Assembly (NCBI GenBank): GCA_043228905.1
Contig: JBHGNT010000008.1
Coordinates: 4,402,001 to 4,466,000 of the forward strand
Reading direction: 5' to 3'
DNA: 64,000 nt
Source of the DNA: Azolla caroliniana
Lineage: Eukaryota > Plantae > Polypodiophyta
This document shows positions 50,088-63,649 of the stretch, in pieces. Numbering within the stretch: the stretch's first letter is position 1; every line of letters begins with the position of its first letter. The notes under the pieces were generated by a model. The model was not told the DNA's origin. It saw nothing but the letters and a program-made list of their open reading frames with translations, and made no database searches. The position numbers and the translations under genes are program-made.

Positions 50088-53000
50088 TCATTGTTCGGTT
50101 TCCCCCGATGTGTTCGGGTCGGTGCGTACTGTTGTCGGTTCCTCGTTGTTCCGCCTCGGTGTTGGCTCCTCGGTCCTCTGGATCTGTGTCGGTTCCTCGC
50201 CATTCAGGATGTCCGGGTCTTGCTTGAAGGGGTTAGCTGGCATGTGCCCCTTATACGGTTTTAGGCGAAACCCATTTGCCCATTTGCCCACAACTTCTCC
50301 TGACAACGTCCCGAGCTGGTAAGACCCATTGTACTCCTTTGTGATCCAGAATGGTCCGGTCCACCGAAATCGCAATTTCCCTGGCATGCTCCCCATCCTT
50401 GTCTGGAACAGTAATACAGGTTTCCTGACCTCGAATTCCTTTTCGTTACCGCGCCGGTGTCGGTCTACAAAGGCTTTCCTCCTCCTTTGCTCTAGTTCTA
50501 GCTGTAGCAGGCTGGTCATTCGGTTTTCCTCCAGTTCCAACAGCATCTCCATCCGGATTCGTTCAGATTCCTTCTCGCTTATCCGCTCCTTAACTTGTAT
50601 TCTTAAGCTAGGAATTTGGAATTCTACTGGCATGACTGCTTCCAAGCCGAATGCCAGTCGGAACGGGGTCGTCCGGATGCTAGTCTTGTACGCCGTTCGG
50701 TACGCCCACAGCACGCTCTGCAACTTCGTGTCCCAGTCGGTCCGGTTCTCATTGACGATTTTTCTAAGGATGTTCTGTAGCGTTTTGTTTGTTGATTCCG
50801 CTAATCCGTTGGCTTGAGGGTAGTAGGGAGTGCTTCGTTTGTGTACTACCGCATAGAATGATGTCAAACTTTCCACCACCTGCCCGAGGAAATGTCCTCC
50901 CTGGTCACTGATCAGCTCAATCGGGCATCCGTACCGACACCATATGCATTCGTATAAAAATTTGGCCGTGGACGCCGCCGTGTTGTCCCGTAATGCCTTT
51001 GCTTCTACCCATTTCGTGCAGTAGTCGGTAGCCACTATTATGTACCGATTTCCGGTCCGCATTGCCGGTGGCTTGAATGGACCGACAAAGTCCAAGCCCC
51101 ACTTTTGGAATGGTTCTAATGGCAAGACCGGGTGATGTGGCATCCGGGCCTGCTCCGTGGGTTGGCCCAGTCGTTGACACAGGTCGCATTCCCTGCTATA
51201 CTTAACGGCATCTCTCATGGTAGTCGGCCACCATAGTCCGCTCTGCCATATCTTCCGGGCTGTTGTTTCGCCGGCATAATGCCCGCCTGCAATTCCACAG
51301 TGGGCTTCCCTCAGGATCAGATCCTTTTCATCGCTCCGCACTGCTCGCCTCCATACGCCATCTGCCCCCTTGTGATAGAGGGTGTCTCCTACCAAGCAGA
51401 AATGTCTGCTCCGTACTGCCATCCTTTTCCGTTCGTCTCGGTCCAGGTTTTCCGGGGGAACTCCGGTGCTCAGGAACTGATGCATTTCGGTTAACCATTT
51501 GTCTTCGTCCGCTATAATGGCCTCCGTTGCCGGTGCCGTCGTGACCCTAAACAGCTCGGCGTCGGGAAATTCGTCCTGTATGCCGTCCCCTGATTTTCCG
51601 GATTCTAGTCTGCTCAGGTAGTCTGCTACCGCATGCTGCACCCCGGGTCGGTGGAAAATGTCGAATTCGAATTCCTGTAATAGCAGCGTCCACCGTGCGA
51701 GTTTTCCTGTCAGGGCTGCCTTTGAGACCAGGTAGAGTAGTGCCGAGTGGTCAACGTGGAAGGAGAACTTTCGTCCGAGCAGATAGTGCCTGTACTTTGT
51801 GACACTGTACACCATTCCTAATGCCTCTCATTCCGTTGTAGAGTAGTTCCGTTCGGCTTTCGAGAGTTTCCTGCTTGCGTAGTACACCGGCCGATACCAT
51901 TTCGGTTCCGTGAGTTGCATCAAAACGCTGCCGATTGCTACGTCCGACGCGTCGACGAACACGTGAAAGCTTTTACTCCAGTCCGGCGGCGGCACCACCG
52001 GAGCTTGTGACAGCATTACCTTCAACGCTTGGTAGGCTTTCTCCTCCGTTTCTGTCCATTGGAAAGGTACTCTATGTACAGCAGCGTGCAATGGTGTAGC
52101 AAAGTCGGCAAGGTGCCGTATCATCCGACTATGCCACCTTATTTGACCAAGGAATCGGCTTAAAGCCTTTGCGCTATTCGGTGCCGGTGCGTCGAGAATT
52201 GCTTTTACCTTATCCGGATCTACCGCGATTCCTTCCCGACTCACCACGTGGCCTAACAAGTTGCCGCTTGCGACTCCAAAGACGCACTTAGCCGGGTTCA
52301 GACTTAATCGGTACTCGCGGCACTTTTCTAAGCATAGTCGTAGGTGATCGAGATGCTCTCCGTGTCGGCTGTAGACGGCGAAATCGTCTAGGAAAACCTG
52401 CATAAAACCGGGAATAAAATCTCCGAAGATTTCCATAATTATCCTTTGAAATGTTGCAGGGGCTGTCTTTAATCCGAACATCATTACGACCGCGACGAAC
52501 ACTCCCCATTCCGTTACGAACGCTGTTTTCTCTTGGTCGGCCGGGTTCATTCGGATTTGGTTGTAGCCGCTGAATCCATCCAGGAAGCTGTAAACTTCGT
52601 GGCCGGCCACCGCATCTAGCACTCCGTCCGTGAATGGTAGTGGAAAAGCGTCGGTCACTGTCGCGGCATTTAGTTTCCTGTAATCCACACATACCCGGAT
52701 TTTGCCGTTCTTTTCCGGGACCACCACTATCGGGCTTAGCCAGGTTGCCTGCTTGACTGGTCGGATAAATCCGACCCGGAGAAGCTTGTCAATTTCCTCC
52801 TTCACCTTTGCCGCATAGTTTGGATTCATCCGGTACCGACGTTGAGCGATGGGTTTCGCGTCAGTACTTAGATGAATTTGGTGCTGGTAGAGCTAGGGGT
52901 CCAACCCTCGCATGTCCTCGTATGACCATGCGAACACGTCCTTGAAATCCGTTAACAGTGCTACCATTGCCTGTTTTTCCTCCTTCGGCAATTCCTTCGC

Positions 53001-55895
53001 GACTTTTACCGGTCGGGGTTGTTCTGTTGTGCCGAGGTCCACCTCTTCCAGCTGGGATGCTTTCACCCTTTGGGATATCGTCATTTCTCTTTCTAGGGCT
53101 TCCTGTGCTTGGCGTAGTTCCCGGATCGCCACTTTGTCCGGCTCGTCCGGCATTGTGATGTACGGCTCTACTGCTGCCGTGATATCCACCTCAAAAAGTG
53201 GGACGATCTGTGGGTGTTCCTCGAGGTACCGATCAACTTCCTCATCCGGTAAGCCCTCCAACATGTTGATGCTTTCGGCATATAAAGGGGTTGCCTCCTT
53301 GCTAGTGAGCACCCGTGGTTGCGTGGCTACCCGTACCTTTGTTTTCCCTCGTCGGAACGTGATCATATTCTTTTGCCAGTTTTGCTTGATATGCGCCGTT
53401 CGCAGCCATGGTCGTCCTAACAGTAGGGGATATGCACCTTGTACATTCAGCTCTAGTACCACGGCCGATATCCGGAATACGTGGCCTCCTATTGTTACTT
53501 CCAAGTCCCGGATAAGACCGGTTGGTCGGACTGAGCTTGTATCCGCCATGCGTAACCAGAAGGGGCATGGTTCCCACTCCTGGATGCCTAGGTCGTCGCA
53601 TGTCTGTCGACTAATGACGTTCACCCCGGAGCCTCCGTCAATAATTGTTCCTGGAATCTCCTTTCCTTTGACGATTGTTGTGATTGCTGGGCTACTGGTA
53701 TCGACCACCGCTGGGCCTTCCTCCGGGTTGGAGAAAAATGCCGGTGCTGGCGTCGGCGTCGGTTTGCTCACGGCGGCTTGTAAGTCTGCTGTAAACCGCG
53801 GTACCAACTGTAGTAACCGTGCCAACGGCAGCACGATCTGACAATCTTGTAGTGCTTGCCATGTCGGGTTTTCTCCTTGCTGTACGATTTCCTCATCCCT
53901 TGGCCTATTTTGGTCTCTTACTTCCGCCGCACCTTGTTCGTTGGCTTCTTTGATCCATTGTGCCGCTTGTTTTCTGATTGCTTCCTGGGCTTCCCATTCG
54001 GCGGCCTTCCCCTTCGATCGCGTGGTAACCTGCTGTACTTCGGTTGTCACCATGTTGACTGCCGGCTGCTTGTCGGCTGTTTTGCTTGGGCATTGATTAC
54101 TGTAATGCCCCTCTTTTCGGCAGTAATAACAGTACACCCTGTGCGTGTTGCTGGATTCTCCTTTTTCCCCTGTTTGGGGAAGGGGCATTCCCTGGCGGTT
54201 GTCCTTGGTTTGTCGGTTCTCCGGTGCCGCTACTGGTTTGTCATTCCTTGCTGCCTCCCGGCGCTCCTCTCTACGGAAGAATCCACGCCTTTGGTTCCGT
54301 CGGAAATTCCGGTTCCCTGGCCGCCTTTCTTCTCTGCGTCGCTCGTATTCCGGGGATTCGTCTCGGTCGTACAGGTCCCGGGGGTAGCTATCCCTGCGGT
54401 TCTCCTCTCGGTCATAGCTGTCGCGTCTTCTATCGGGGTATCTGTCGCCGCGTTCTCGTCGGTAGCGGTCGTCCCTCCGGAATCGATCCTCTTCCGGGTC
54501 CCGATTGCGCGGTTCTATGTGTCGGACCGGTGCCGCTTGTCGAGTTAACAGGTTATACTCGCATCGGTTCGTTGTGTGGGCGCGAGAATTGCATATCATG
54601 CACTGTGTACGCAGGGTGCAGTCGACGGTCGAGTGCCCCGAATTTAGGCATGTTGTGCATTGTAGGGCTTGTCGGAACCGGAGGTCCTCCTCCTTCGGAA
54701 GCGCCTGGTGTAACGCCCCCATCGGCAAGAAGGGGCTCGTCTTGTCCATTTCCAGGACCCGATCAATAACTTGGTCCATTGTGCTGGTGCTGAAATCGAG
54801 GATTCCACACATCGCTCGAAGTGGCTCTTTCAACGCAGCCAAAAAGACTGCTTTGGCCTCCTCTTCGGGTGGTGCTCTTGCTAATTGACTGTGCAAGGTC
54901 TGGAAACGAATGATAAATTGTGGGACCGTCTCGTTTTCTCCCTGCCGGGTGGTGTAGAATTGTCCGACCAATTCCCTTTGTTCCACTCGTCTATGAAACA
55001 GGCGTAAAAACTGGGTTTTCAATGCCTCGAACGTGGTGAAGCTGCCTGGTAAGTGCTTTGCGTGCCACCGGGCCGCCGGTCCTTCTAATGTCATGCCGAA
55101 TTCGGCGACTTTGGATCGGTCGGCCTCGGGCTCCGTCAGTCTCTGGGACACGTGGTTGGCTTCCCATGTTCGCAGGAATGCATACACATGTGCCTCTCCG
55201 TCGGGGTCATCCCGATACTTTGGGTACGGATACGGCATCGTGTCGTCCCACTGATTCTCCTGCGCTGGTTCCTCCGAAGTCGGTATCCGTTCTTGCGGTT
55301 CCTCCGCGGGTGGTGTTGATAACCGCTCCTGCGGTTCCTCCGCGGGTGGTGTTGGTATCCGCTCCTGCGGTTCCTTCGCGGGTGGTATTGGTATCCGCTC
55401 CTGCGGTTCCTCCGCGGGTGGTATTGATATCCGGTCCTGCGGGTCCTCCGCGGGTGGTGTTGATAACCGCTCCTCCCTCCTCGGCGATTGCCGGTCACCG
55501 GACTCCAGAGTTATTTCCTCCTCTGGCTCCGATGTTGCTGAGTAATCCGACTCCAAGGGGTTGTTCTCGTGGCTGCTTTTATAACGGGATCCCACGCTTT
55601 CCCCGCTATCCGAATCCGCCTCTAATGTTGCAAATGCCGCTGCGTCCCCGTCGCCGCCGGCGAGAGTCTGTAGTAGTGTCTCCGCTTCTTGGAGGCTGGT
55701 TATGCTACTGCCTTCGTCGGAAGCTTGTAGAACCTGGAACTGCAGTGCTTCTTCTGCGATTTGCCGAAGCGTTTTTGAGAATGACCGATCGCGCCGGATT
55801 TCGTCGACGGCTTGCTGCAGGGCTTCCCGTCGTCGCTGCCGTTCGGCGTGGCGTCTCCCTCTTTCGGTGATGTGGTCGTTGTTTTGTCTAGACAT
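50088..55895 (-). pseudogene. gag-pol: Gypsy F gag-pol, single frame with two nonsense codons
   Basis: CCHC knuckles, IIDGGS, FLDD, FVDAS, WGLDFVGP, WTGPF; stops at 52893 and 51828; 39-bp repeats at ~55270-55475. Confidence 0.95.
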
Positions 55896-55931
55896 CCATC
55901 CCCCGGTTGTCCTCTGCAGTCTGCAGGAATC

Positions 55932-55941
55932 GTGGTCGCCA
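55932..55941 (-). promoter_or_regulatory. Short PBS of Gypsy F (tRNA-Arg-like)
   Basis: TGGCGACCAC, 6 nt inside the 5' LTR. Confidence 0.6.
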
Positions 55942-56316
55942 AAATAGTGTTGTATGTCTGGCTGGACTAGCCACAACACATGTGTCTATCCGACACTTCT
56001 CCAAAGGGGTGGTAGGGATAGGATGTTAATACACGCGTATGATAATTACACTTAAGCACAGACGAAGACAAGATCAATAAACTTAAGCAAGACTATATTC
56101 ATTCTTCGTCCCTTCATTACAAAACATCGGATCCTTTTATAGGCATCCGGCCAGATTACAATCGGTGCTCTTAGGCAACCATTAACCGAAACCGAATCGG
56201 TTCGGATCCGGATCGGTTACACTACCGAATCCGTCCCTCCTAATAATTCTATTCCTATTTCTATATTTATCCGATCCGACCTTGCTTTCCCATTTGCCTT
56301 CTCTGACCGGCCAACA

Positions 56317-59300
56317 GAAGGGAAACGGTTATCCCTAGCAAGAGAGAAGTCGAGCTTGCTAGATGAGGATGCGTGTCGGAAAGACAACGATACGAACTCC
56401 GACTCCAAAGTGCTCATTACCGAATCGGAACGCGGAAGACAAAGGAACCGTAGTCCCCAGAACCGGGAGAAGTCGGGGACACGGTCAAAGTCAAGGGTGA
56501 GGCCTACCTGCTTCTATTGTGGCAAGCCGGGACACTTCCAGAAGAACTGTCGACACTTCCGAAAAGAAAGGAAACAGATGGTATTGATTCGAAGCGGAAA
56601 TCGGACCGGAACGGTAAAGACCAGAGGGGAACGGACCGGAAGGGAACGACGGCAATTGCGGCAAGTGAAGAAGAGTTGATGTTCATCACCGAGGAGAGTG
56701 ATTTGAACCTTGTTGACGACGAGACAACGTGGGTTGTTGATTCCGGAGCGTCATTCCACCTTACCCCGGACCGTAAATACTTCTCATCCTACATAGCCGG
56801 TGATCATGGTAGTGTCTGGATGGGGAATGAAGGTATATGCCGAATTGTCGGCATAGGAAACGTGTGGTTGACAACACCAACCGGATGCAAGCAGCTGTTG
56901 AAGGATGTCTCACACGTTCCGGAGGTTCAACTGAACCTGATATCAGTCGGTCGGCTAGATGATGAAGGCTACATGGGTAGCATCCAGAACGGAGTCATGA
57001 AATTCAGCAAATGGAGCCTGATAGTGGCTCGGGCCCGGAAGGTCAACACGTTGTACCTAATGAATGCCCGGTTATGCCCAGAAGAAGTGAACGTCGTTTC
57101 TGACACTACCAGTGAGGTGTGGCACAAGAGACTGTGTCACATGAGCGAGAAGGGGATGAAAAGGCTTGCCGATGACAACCTCATTCCGGTGAAGAACGTG
57201 CATCTTGAGAGGTGCACCGATTGCCTAACCGGTAAGCAAAACCGGACCTCTTTCCGATCAAGGCCACCGATGAGACGTATTGCACCATTGGAGTTGGTGC
57301 ATACAGATGTGTGTCAAGTGGACACGAAGTCCCATGCCGGAGCGTTGTACTTCGTGACGTTCATAGATGACCATAGCAGGAGGCTGTGGGCCACACTGTT
57401 GCAGACGAAGGATCAGGTGTTATCAGTCTTGAAGGAGCTCCACGCAAGAGTTGAAAGAGAAACCGGCTGGAATCGGAAGGCGGTTCGAGCAAATAACGAA
57501 GGAGAATATCAGGGGCAGTTTGAGGAGTACTGTCGCTCGAAGGGAATCCGGCTCGAATTTACCGTGCCGAAGACGCCGAAACTAAACGGGCTAGCTGAGA
57601 GGATGAACCAGACCATAATGGACAGGGTTCGGAGTATGTTGGCGCATGCAAAATTACCCAAGAAGTTTTGGGCTGAGGCACTATCGACAGCGACATATGT
57701 GATAAACAGATCACCCTCAATACCCTTGGACGGAGACACGCCACAGAGAGTCTGGACTGGTAAGGAAGTGTCCTACCGGCATCTGAAGGTATTCGGGTGT
57801 CTTGCGTATGTGCATGTAGCTAAGGACTAGAGAGGAAAGTTAGATCTGAAGACCCGGCCATGCATATTCCTCGGTTACGGCGACAATGAGTTCGGCTACC
57901 AAGTCTGGGACCCGGTCGACCAGAAAGTATTCTGGAGTCGAGATATTATCTTCATGGAGGACAAGACGCTCGCCGACTGGGAGTTGGAGAAGAAGATAAT
58001 GAACTCTAAGTCGACCGGTAAGGAAAAATTCCGATTTGATGAAATGCAGTTCCAACCGGCAAGAAGCCGGTTAGCACTCGATGAACCAGCCGGTTACGGT
58101 GTGGATACCGAACCGGCAGAAGAAGAAGTAGAGGAAGCTTAAACCGGAATCGGCCAAAACCTTGAATCGGATTTGGATGAAGAACAAATGGAGGAGCCGG
58201 TTACCGAAGCCCAAGGACGTAGATATCCTCTCAGAGAGAAGGCCCCCATGAGATTTCCAAATGTAGAGCATGTGCTACTAACCGATGAGGGGGAGCCAGA
58301 AAGCTTCGAGGAAGCTAAAAGTGACACCCGTAGCCGCAAATGGTTAAGTGCCATGCAGGATGAGATGGATTCCCTGCATGAGAACCATATGTACGAATTG
58401 GTGGAGTTGCCGAAAAGGAAAACGGGCTCTCCGAAACAAGTGGGTGTACAAGTTGAAACCGGGAGATGCCAGCAAACCCCCGAGATACAAAGCCAGGATC
58501 GTGGTGAAGGGGTTTCAGCAGAAGAAGGGCGTGGACTTCGACGAGATATTTGCCCCGGTAGTAAAGATGACTTCCATCTGGATGGTGCTGAGTATAGCGG
58601 CAAGCATGGACCTTGAGGTAGAGCAGCTGGACGTGAAGACGGCATTCCTTCACGATGACCTCGAAGAGGAGATCTACATGTAGCAACCGGAAGGATTCGT
58701 GGAGAAAGGGAAGGAGCACTTGGTTTGCCGGTTGAAGAAGAGCCTGTATAGACTGAAGCAGGCTCCCCGACAATGGTACCGGAAGTTCGACTCCTTCATG
58801 ACCGACCAAGGGTATCACAAAACGCAAACCCATCACTGCGTGTTTGTGAAGAAGTTCGAAGGAGGCGACTTCCTGATACTCCTTCTGTACGTGGACAACA
58901 TGTTGATCGTCGGACGAGACCAAGCCAAAATATGGATGTTGAAGAAGTCTCTCAATCGAACTTTCTCAATGAAAGACTTGGGCCCGGCAAGACAGATACT
59001 AGGGATGCACATCATCCGGGACCGGTCAAAGAAGCGATTGTGGTTGTCACAGGAGAAATACGTAACAAAGGTGCTTCAGCGGTTCAACATGTTAGAAGCA
59101 AAACTGGTCGGATCGACACTCCCTGCAAACTGCAGATTATCCGGTAAGCAAAGCCCGAAGACGAAAGCAGAGAAAGCGGATATGATGAAGGTTCCATATG
59201 TCTCTACCGTCGGGAGCTTAATGTACGCAATGGTGTGGACTCGACCGGATATTGGATACGCAGTCGGAGTGGTGAACCGGTTTATGAGCAATCCCGACAA

Positions 59301-59865
59301 GGAGCATTGGAACGCGGTCAAATGGATACTCCGGTACTTGAAGGGCACTTCGAATATGTGTCTCTGATTCGGCTATGGTAAACCTCAACTTGACGGTTTT
59401 TCCGATTCGGATATGTCGGCTGATGTGGATACTAGCCGGTCTACATCCAGGTATGTAATGACATATGCAGGGGGAGCTATTTCGTGGCAATCAAGGCTGT
59501 AGAAGACGGTTGCGTTGTCAACCACAGAGGCGGACTACATGGCGGCTGTTGAAGCCGGCAAGGAAATATTATGGATGAAGGACTTCATCAGAGAGCTCGG
59601 TATCCGGAAAGATGAATACCGGCTCTATTGCGACAGTCAAAGTGCCATCCACCTTGCTAAGAACGCAGCGTACCATTCCAGGACGAAGCACATCCAACGT
59701 AGGTATCACTGGATCCGCGAGCGAGTAGAAGATCGAGAGTTCGCGCTGACGAAGATCCACACGGCCGAGAACGGGTTAGATATGTTGACCAAAGTTCTGA
59801 TAATCGACAAGCTGGATGCATGTCGGAAGCGGATCGGACTAGTAAGACATCCCATGCCGGAGTGA
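56317..59865 (+). pseudogene. pol: Copia E gag C-terminus and pol, degenerate relative of Copia I
   Basis: CCHC, VDSGAS, INT, RT and RH motifs closely similar to Copia I. Confidence 0.95.
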
Positions 59866-60539
59866 AGGGGGAGTTTGTTAGGAAATAAGTCCCTCTGGAT
59901 GGGAAGTGAGAAGAACCGTGTTGATGAGCAACTCGGCCGAGGCCAAATCCAGATGTGGAGTACCCGGCAAGGAAGACCCAATGAGAACCAGATGACGAGT
60001 ACCCGGCAAGGAAGACACAACGAGAACCGGATGTTGCAGGCCCGGTGAGAACCTCTCATCGGATGGAAGGGACATATATGTAAATATGTTCTAGAGAGCC
60101 CACCGGGGCTATATTTGTAAATAGCCCGAAATTCATATTAATATAAATATGACCTAGGGCAAACTTAATAGTGATGATGTAGAGTTGGTTGTGTGATTAT
60201 CGTTGTGGCGATAATTCAAAGCACAACTGCGTACAAAGAAGAGAGAGAGAGAGGAAGAGGTTGTTGCCTCTGTCGTAACCACTTGGTGGCAAAGCGAGGA
60301 AGCAAGAGGCCGTTGCCTCTGTGCCCCATCATTGTAATCTTAATATAGTGATATTTTGCAATCTGAGGGCTGCCGTGGTTTTTTCCCAGATTTGGGTTTT
60401 CCACTTTAACATCCTGTGCACTCTCTTCTTTATTGTTTCGTGTGTAGATACATCTCACCACATCGCTATTTTTTGTGATTGATCCAACGTCTTGGTTGTG
60501 GCCGAGCATAGCTTAGGAGACCGTATTCCTATCAAAAAC

Positions 60540-62746
60540 ATTGCAGATAGTAGTATACTTGATAAATCTGTCACCATTGAGAGCAATACAACTTGAAGTG
60601 CCACAAGCACTATGATCCGGCAAAACACCGACCTATGACAAGCTCCATACATTCGAATGTGAAGCCTATGCCTTCATACCTACGGATAAATGGGCCAAGT
60701 TGGCACCCCGTGCACTCAACTATATATTTCTCAGTTATGGAACCGATCGGGACTTCGGTTATCAACTATGGGATCCAGAGAACCGGTAATTGATCCGGAG
60801 CAGCAAGGTTCAATGAAGACTCAATACTCTCCAACCCGACTCAGCCTATGAAAGTCTGCAAAAAGGTCTCATTTGACCTTGATAGATTGGTCATAGAAGA
60901 GCCGACTAAACAAGCCAAATCAGAAATTCGACATCCAGTCCAATCGACCGAGCCAATGAACCCCTTGTCAAATCCGAATCAACAAATGGTTCATCAATGG
61001 ACTTTGATTCAACTAAAAGATTGGCACGAGCCAAATCGACAAAGATAGCCAAAAGGGCAAAAGAGGGAAAATCAGCAAGAGCCAACAACACCAAAGGGCG
61101 ATGATTGGGAAGAGCCAAATCGTTCAACCAAGGCAAAGCCAAAAAGGGCAGAGTCGGAAAAGACAAGAGTCGAAATGACCAAATATCCCAAACAAGTTAA
61201 GGTGCCAAAAGACCGAGCCGAACCGGCCAAGACACGAACCCCTTTGTCAATCGATCTCGAAGAAGGGGAGGATGATTCGACGTCGCTGAAATCTTATTGC
61301 AAGGGTGAGTCATCCAAAAAGACTCCTGAAAATGGTTCAAGTAATGTCGATAAAGTGACAACGTTAATCGAAGGATCCAAAGCAATCAACTTGGCACCCA
61401 AGAGATCTGGACGATTTCGAAGGCTAACAGAGTTTTATAAACCGGTCCTCGACTACATCAACTACATGGATGCAGGCGAACCAAGCTCTTACGAGGAAAC
61501 TATAGCCGCACTAGATACCAAAACATGGCTACAAGCCATGAGATCCAAAATGGACTCAATACATGCGAAGAAGACATGGGAGCTCGTCGAACTACCAGTT
61601 GGAAGGAAGCCACTACCCTGCAAATGGGTCTTGGGATACAAATATATACCCAATTCGGAGAAGTGCAAATAAAAAGCTCGGCTCATCACAATAGATTTCA
61701 AACAGTAACATGGGGTCGACTACGATGAGATCTTCTCACCGTAGTCAAAATGACCACTCTTTGGCTCCTTCTCGGGGTTGTGGCGACAAGAGACGTAGAG
61801 TTTGAACAACAAGACGTCAAAACGGCCTTCCTACATGGAGATCTCGACGAAGACATTTACATGTCTCAACTAGCAAGCTTCACGGCGACGGGGGAGCAAG
61901 GTCACCTCATTTGAGTCTATATGGCCTCAAGCAAGCGTCGCGAAAGTGGTATCAAAAGTTCGATACCAACATCCGGCAGCTCGGCTACAGCCAATCAGAT
62001 TCCGACCCATGCATATACATCCGGCAATTGGCCAAGGAGTCCCTGATCAACTTGATCATATATGTCGACAATGTGTTGGTTGCAAGAAGCAATGAAGCCG
62101 AAATAAGAAGACTAAAGCGGAACCTTCACAATAAATTTTTGATGAAGGAACTCGAACAAACCCGACATATCTTGGGCATGAGGATCGAGCGAAATCAGAT
62201 GACGAAGACTCTCCAGCTCTCCCAGTCCGATTATATCTGAAAGATGCTTATAAGGTTCAACATGGAGAACGCTAAGTGGGCACCAACTCCGCACCTAATG
62301 TCAACACGACTAACAGATAAGGACTCTCCTTCGACCAACAAGGAGAAAGAGCCCAATGGGAAGATACCCTATGCATCGGTTGTAGGAAATATCATGTACA
62401 CAATGGTGGTGACCCGACCTGACCTTGCATATGCCGTAGGGGTTGTCAACCGGTACATGTCAAACCCAAGATGGAAGCATTGGGAGACCGGCAAGCACAT
62501 CTTCGGGTATCTAAGAGGAACCAAAGATGTACAGTTGACTTTCAAATCTGCAAATCTAACCGAAGTCGAAGGCTATACAGACTTCGACTATGCCGACAAC
62601 CGGACAATCAGAAGTCGACATCTGGCTACATATTCACCTATGGCGGCGGTGTCATATCATGGAGGTCGAAATTGCAAGAGTGCACTACACTCTCGACAAT
62701 AGAGGCCGAGTACATAACCCAATTGGAAGCAACCAAGGAAGCCATT
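60540..62746 (+). pseudogene. pol: Host Copia G INT C-terminus, RT and RH; truncated
   Basis: VYLINLSP continues EFWAK from 44988; GEPSSYEE, YGLKQASR, YVDN, TRPDLAY. Confidence 0.9.
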
Positions 62747-63649
62747 AACACCGGGACATTTGAAACAGGTAATATGTCGCATTTTGAGAATTGTCCATCA
62801 AAAAATGACACAAATTAGGGTGATTCACAAAAAGGGGTGCTGCATGCGTAAAGGAATTTTAAAAATGACCCAAAAATATATTGATTTTTAACATGTACGG
62901 AAATTTAGGTGTTCAAAAAAATGCCTAAATAATGGACATGCCAAACTTACAAATGAATGTCCAAAATGACTAACCCCAATATTTACAGAAATTCTGAATC
63001 CAAATCTTGATGTGCAATACAATATTTATAGTTAACGTATCAGGACAATCATTTTTCAAGTTTATGTCATCATCTTCATACCCATTAGATGAACTAGTAC
63101 GAGTTTATGAGGTCTCATCCTCATCATCAATGGCAACTAATGCATTGTGTTGATCCAATTGCAATCCAACCTCATCGAGTTTATGAGTCATGCTTCTTGT
63201 TTGTCTTTGTGTTGTGTCTGAAGCCACATTCCAGATCCTCTTTTAGTATCTTCATTGTGGTCTGTCACAGATAACTTGTTTTGGTCAAATATAAGTCATA
63301 CACTAATATATAAACATTATCCAATGTAAGAGTACATGTGCTTGATGCATCTTTCCTCCTCACTTTTTGGTTATGATATTTCATTATGTACTTTCCATTT
63401 ACAAGATTAGATTATGTGAGAGAAGCTTTCTACCAAAATCATTAGAATCTAAAAAATGTCTTAAAGATGTTTTCCATTTTTCTTAGATTCTCATAGTAAG
63501 CCTTTGACGTCGTAGAGAAATCCGATTCATTCCATCTAGATTTGACGCAACATGTCGAATTTTACTCTATACATCTAGAATTGGATATAATGCATCAGAT
63601 TCCTGTAAGTCTTGGAATTTTTTTTAAAATTTCCATTAGAAAAATACTC

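Larger units (their letters stand above)
46101..56316 (-). mobile_element. Gypsy F, non-chromoviral, with an extra 3' ORF
   Basis: 369-bp LTRs 46101-46469 and 55948-56316 (2 differences seen); TSD GAAGG; LTR TATA box on the minus strand. Confidence 0.97.
44989..60534 (+). mobile_element. Copia E
   Basis: 5' LTR 44989-45563; Met PBS 45567-45578; 3' LTR from 59876 or 59919 to 60534; TSD AAAAC. Confidence 0.92.

Noticed and set aside
46101-56316. Gypsy F as a plus-strand element with an ordinary PBS at 46472
   Set aside because: All ORFs and the LTR TATA box are on the minus strand, and no PPT precedes the right LTR
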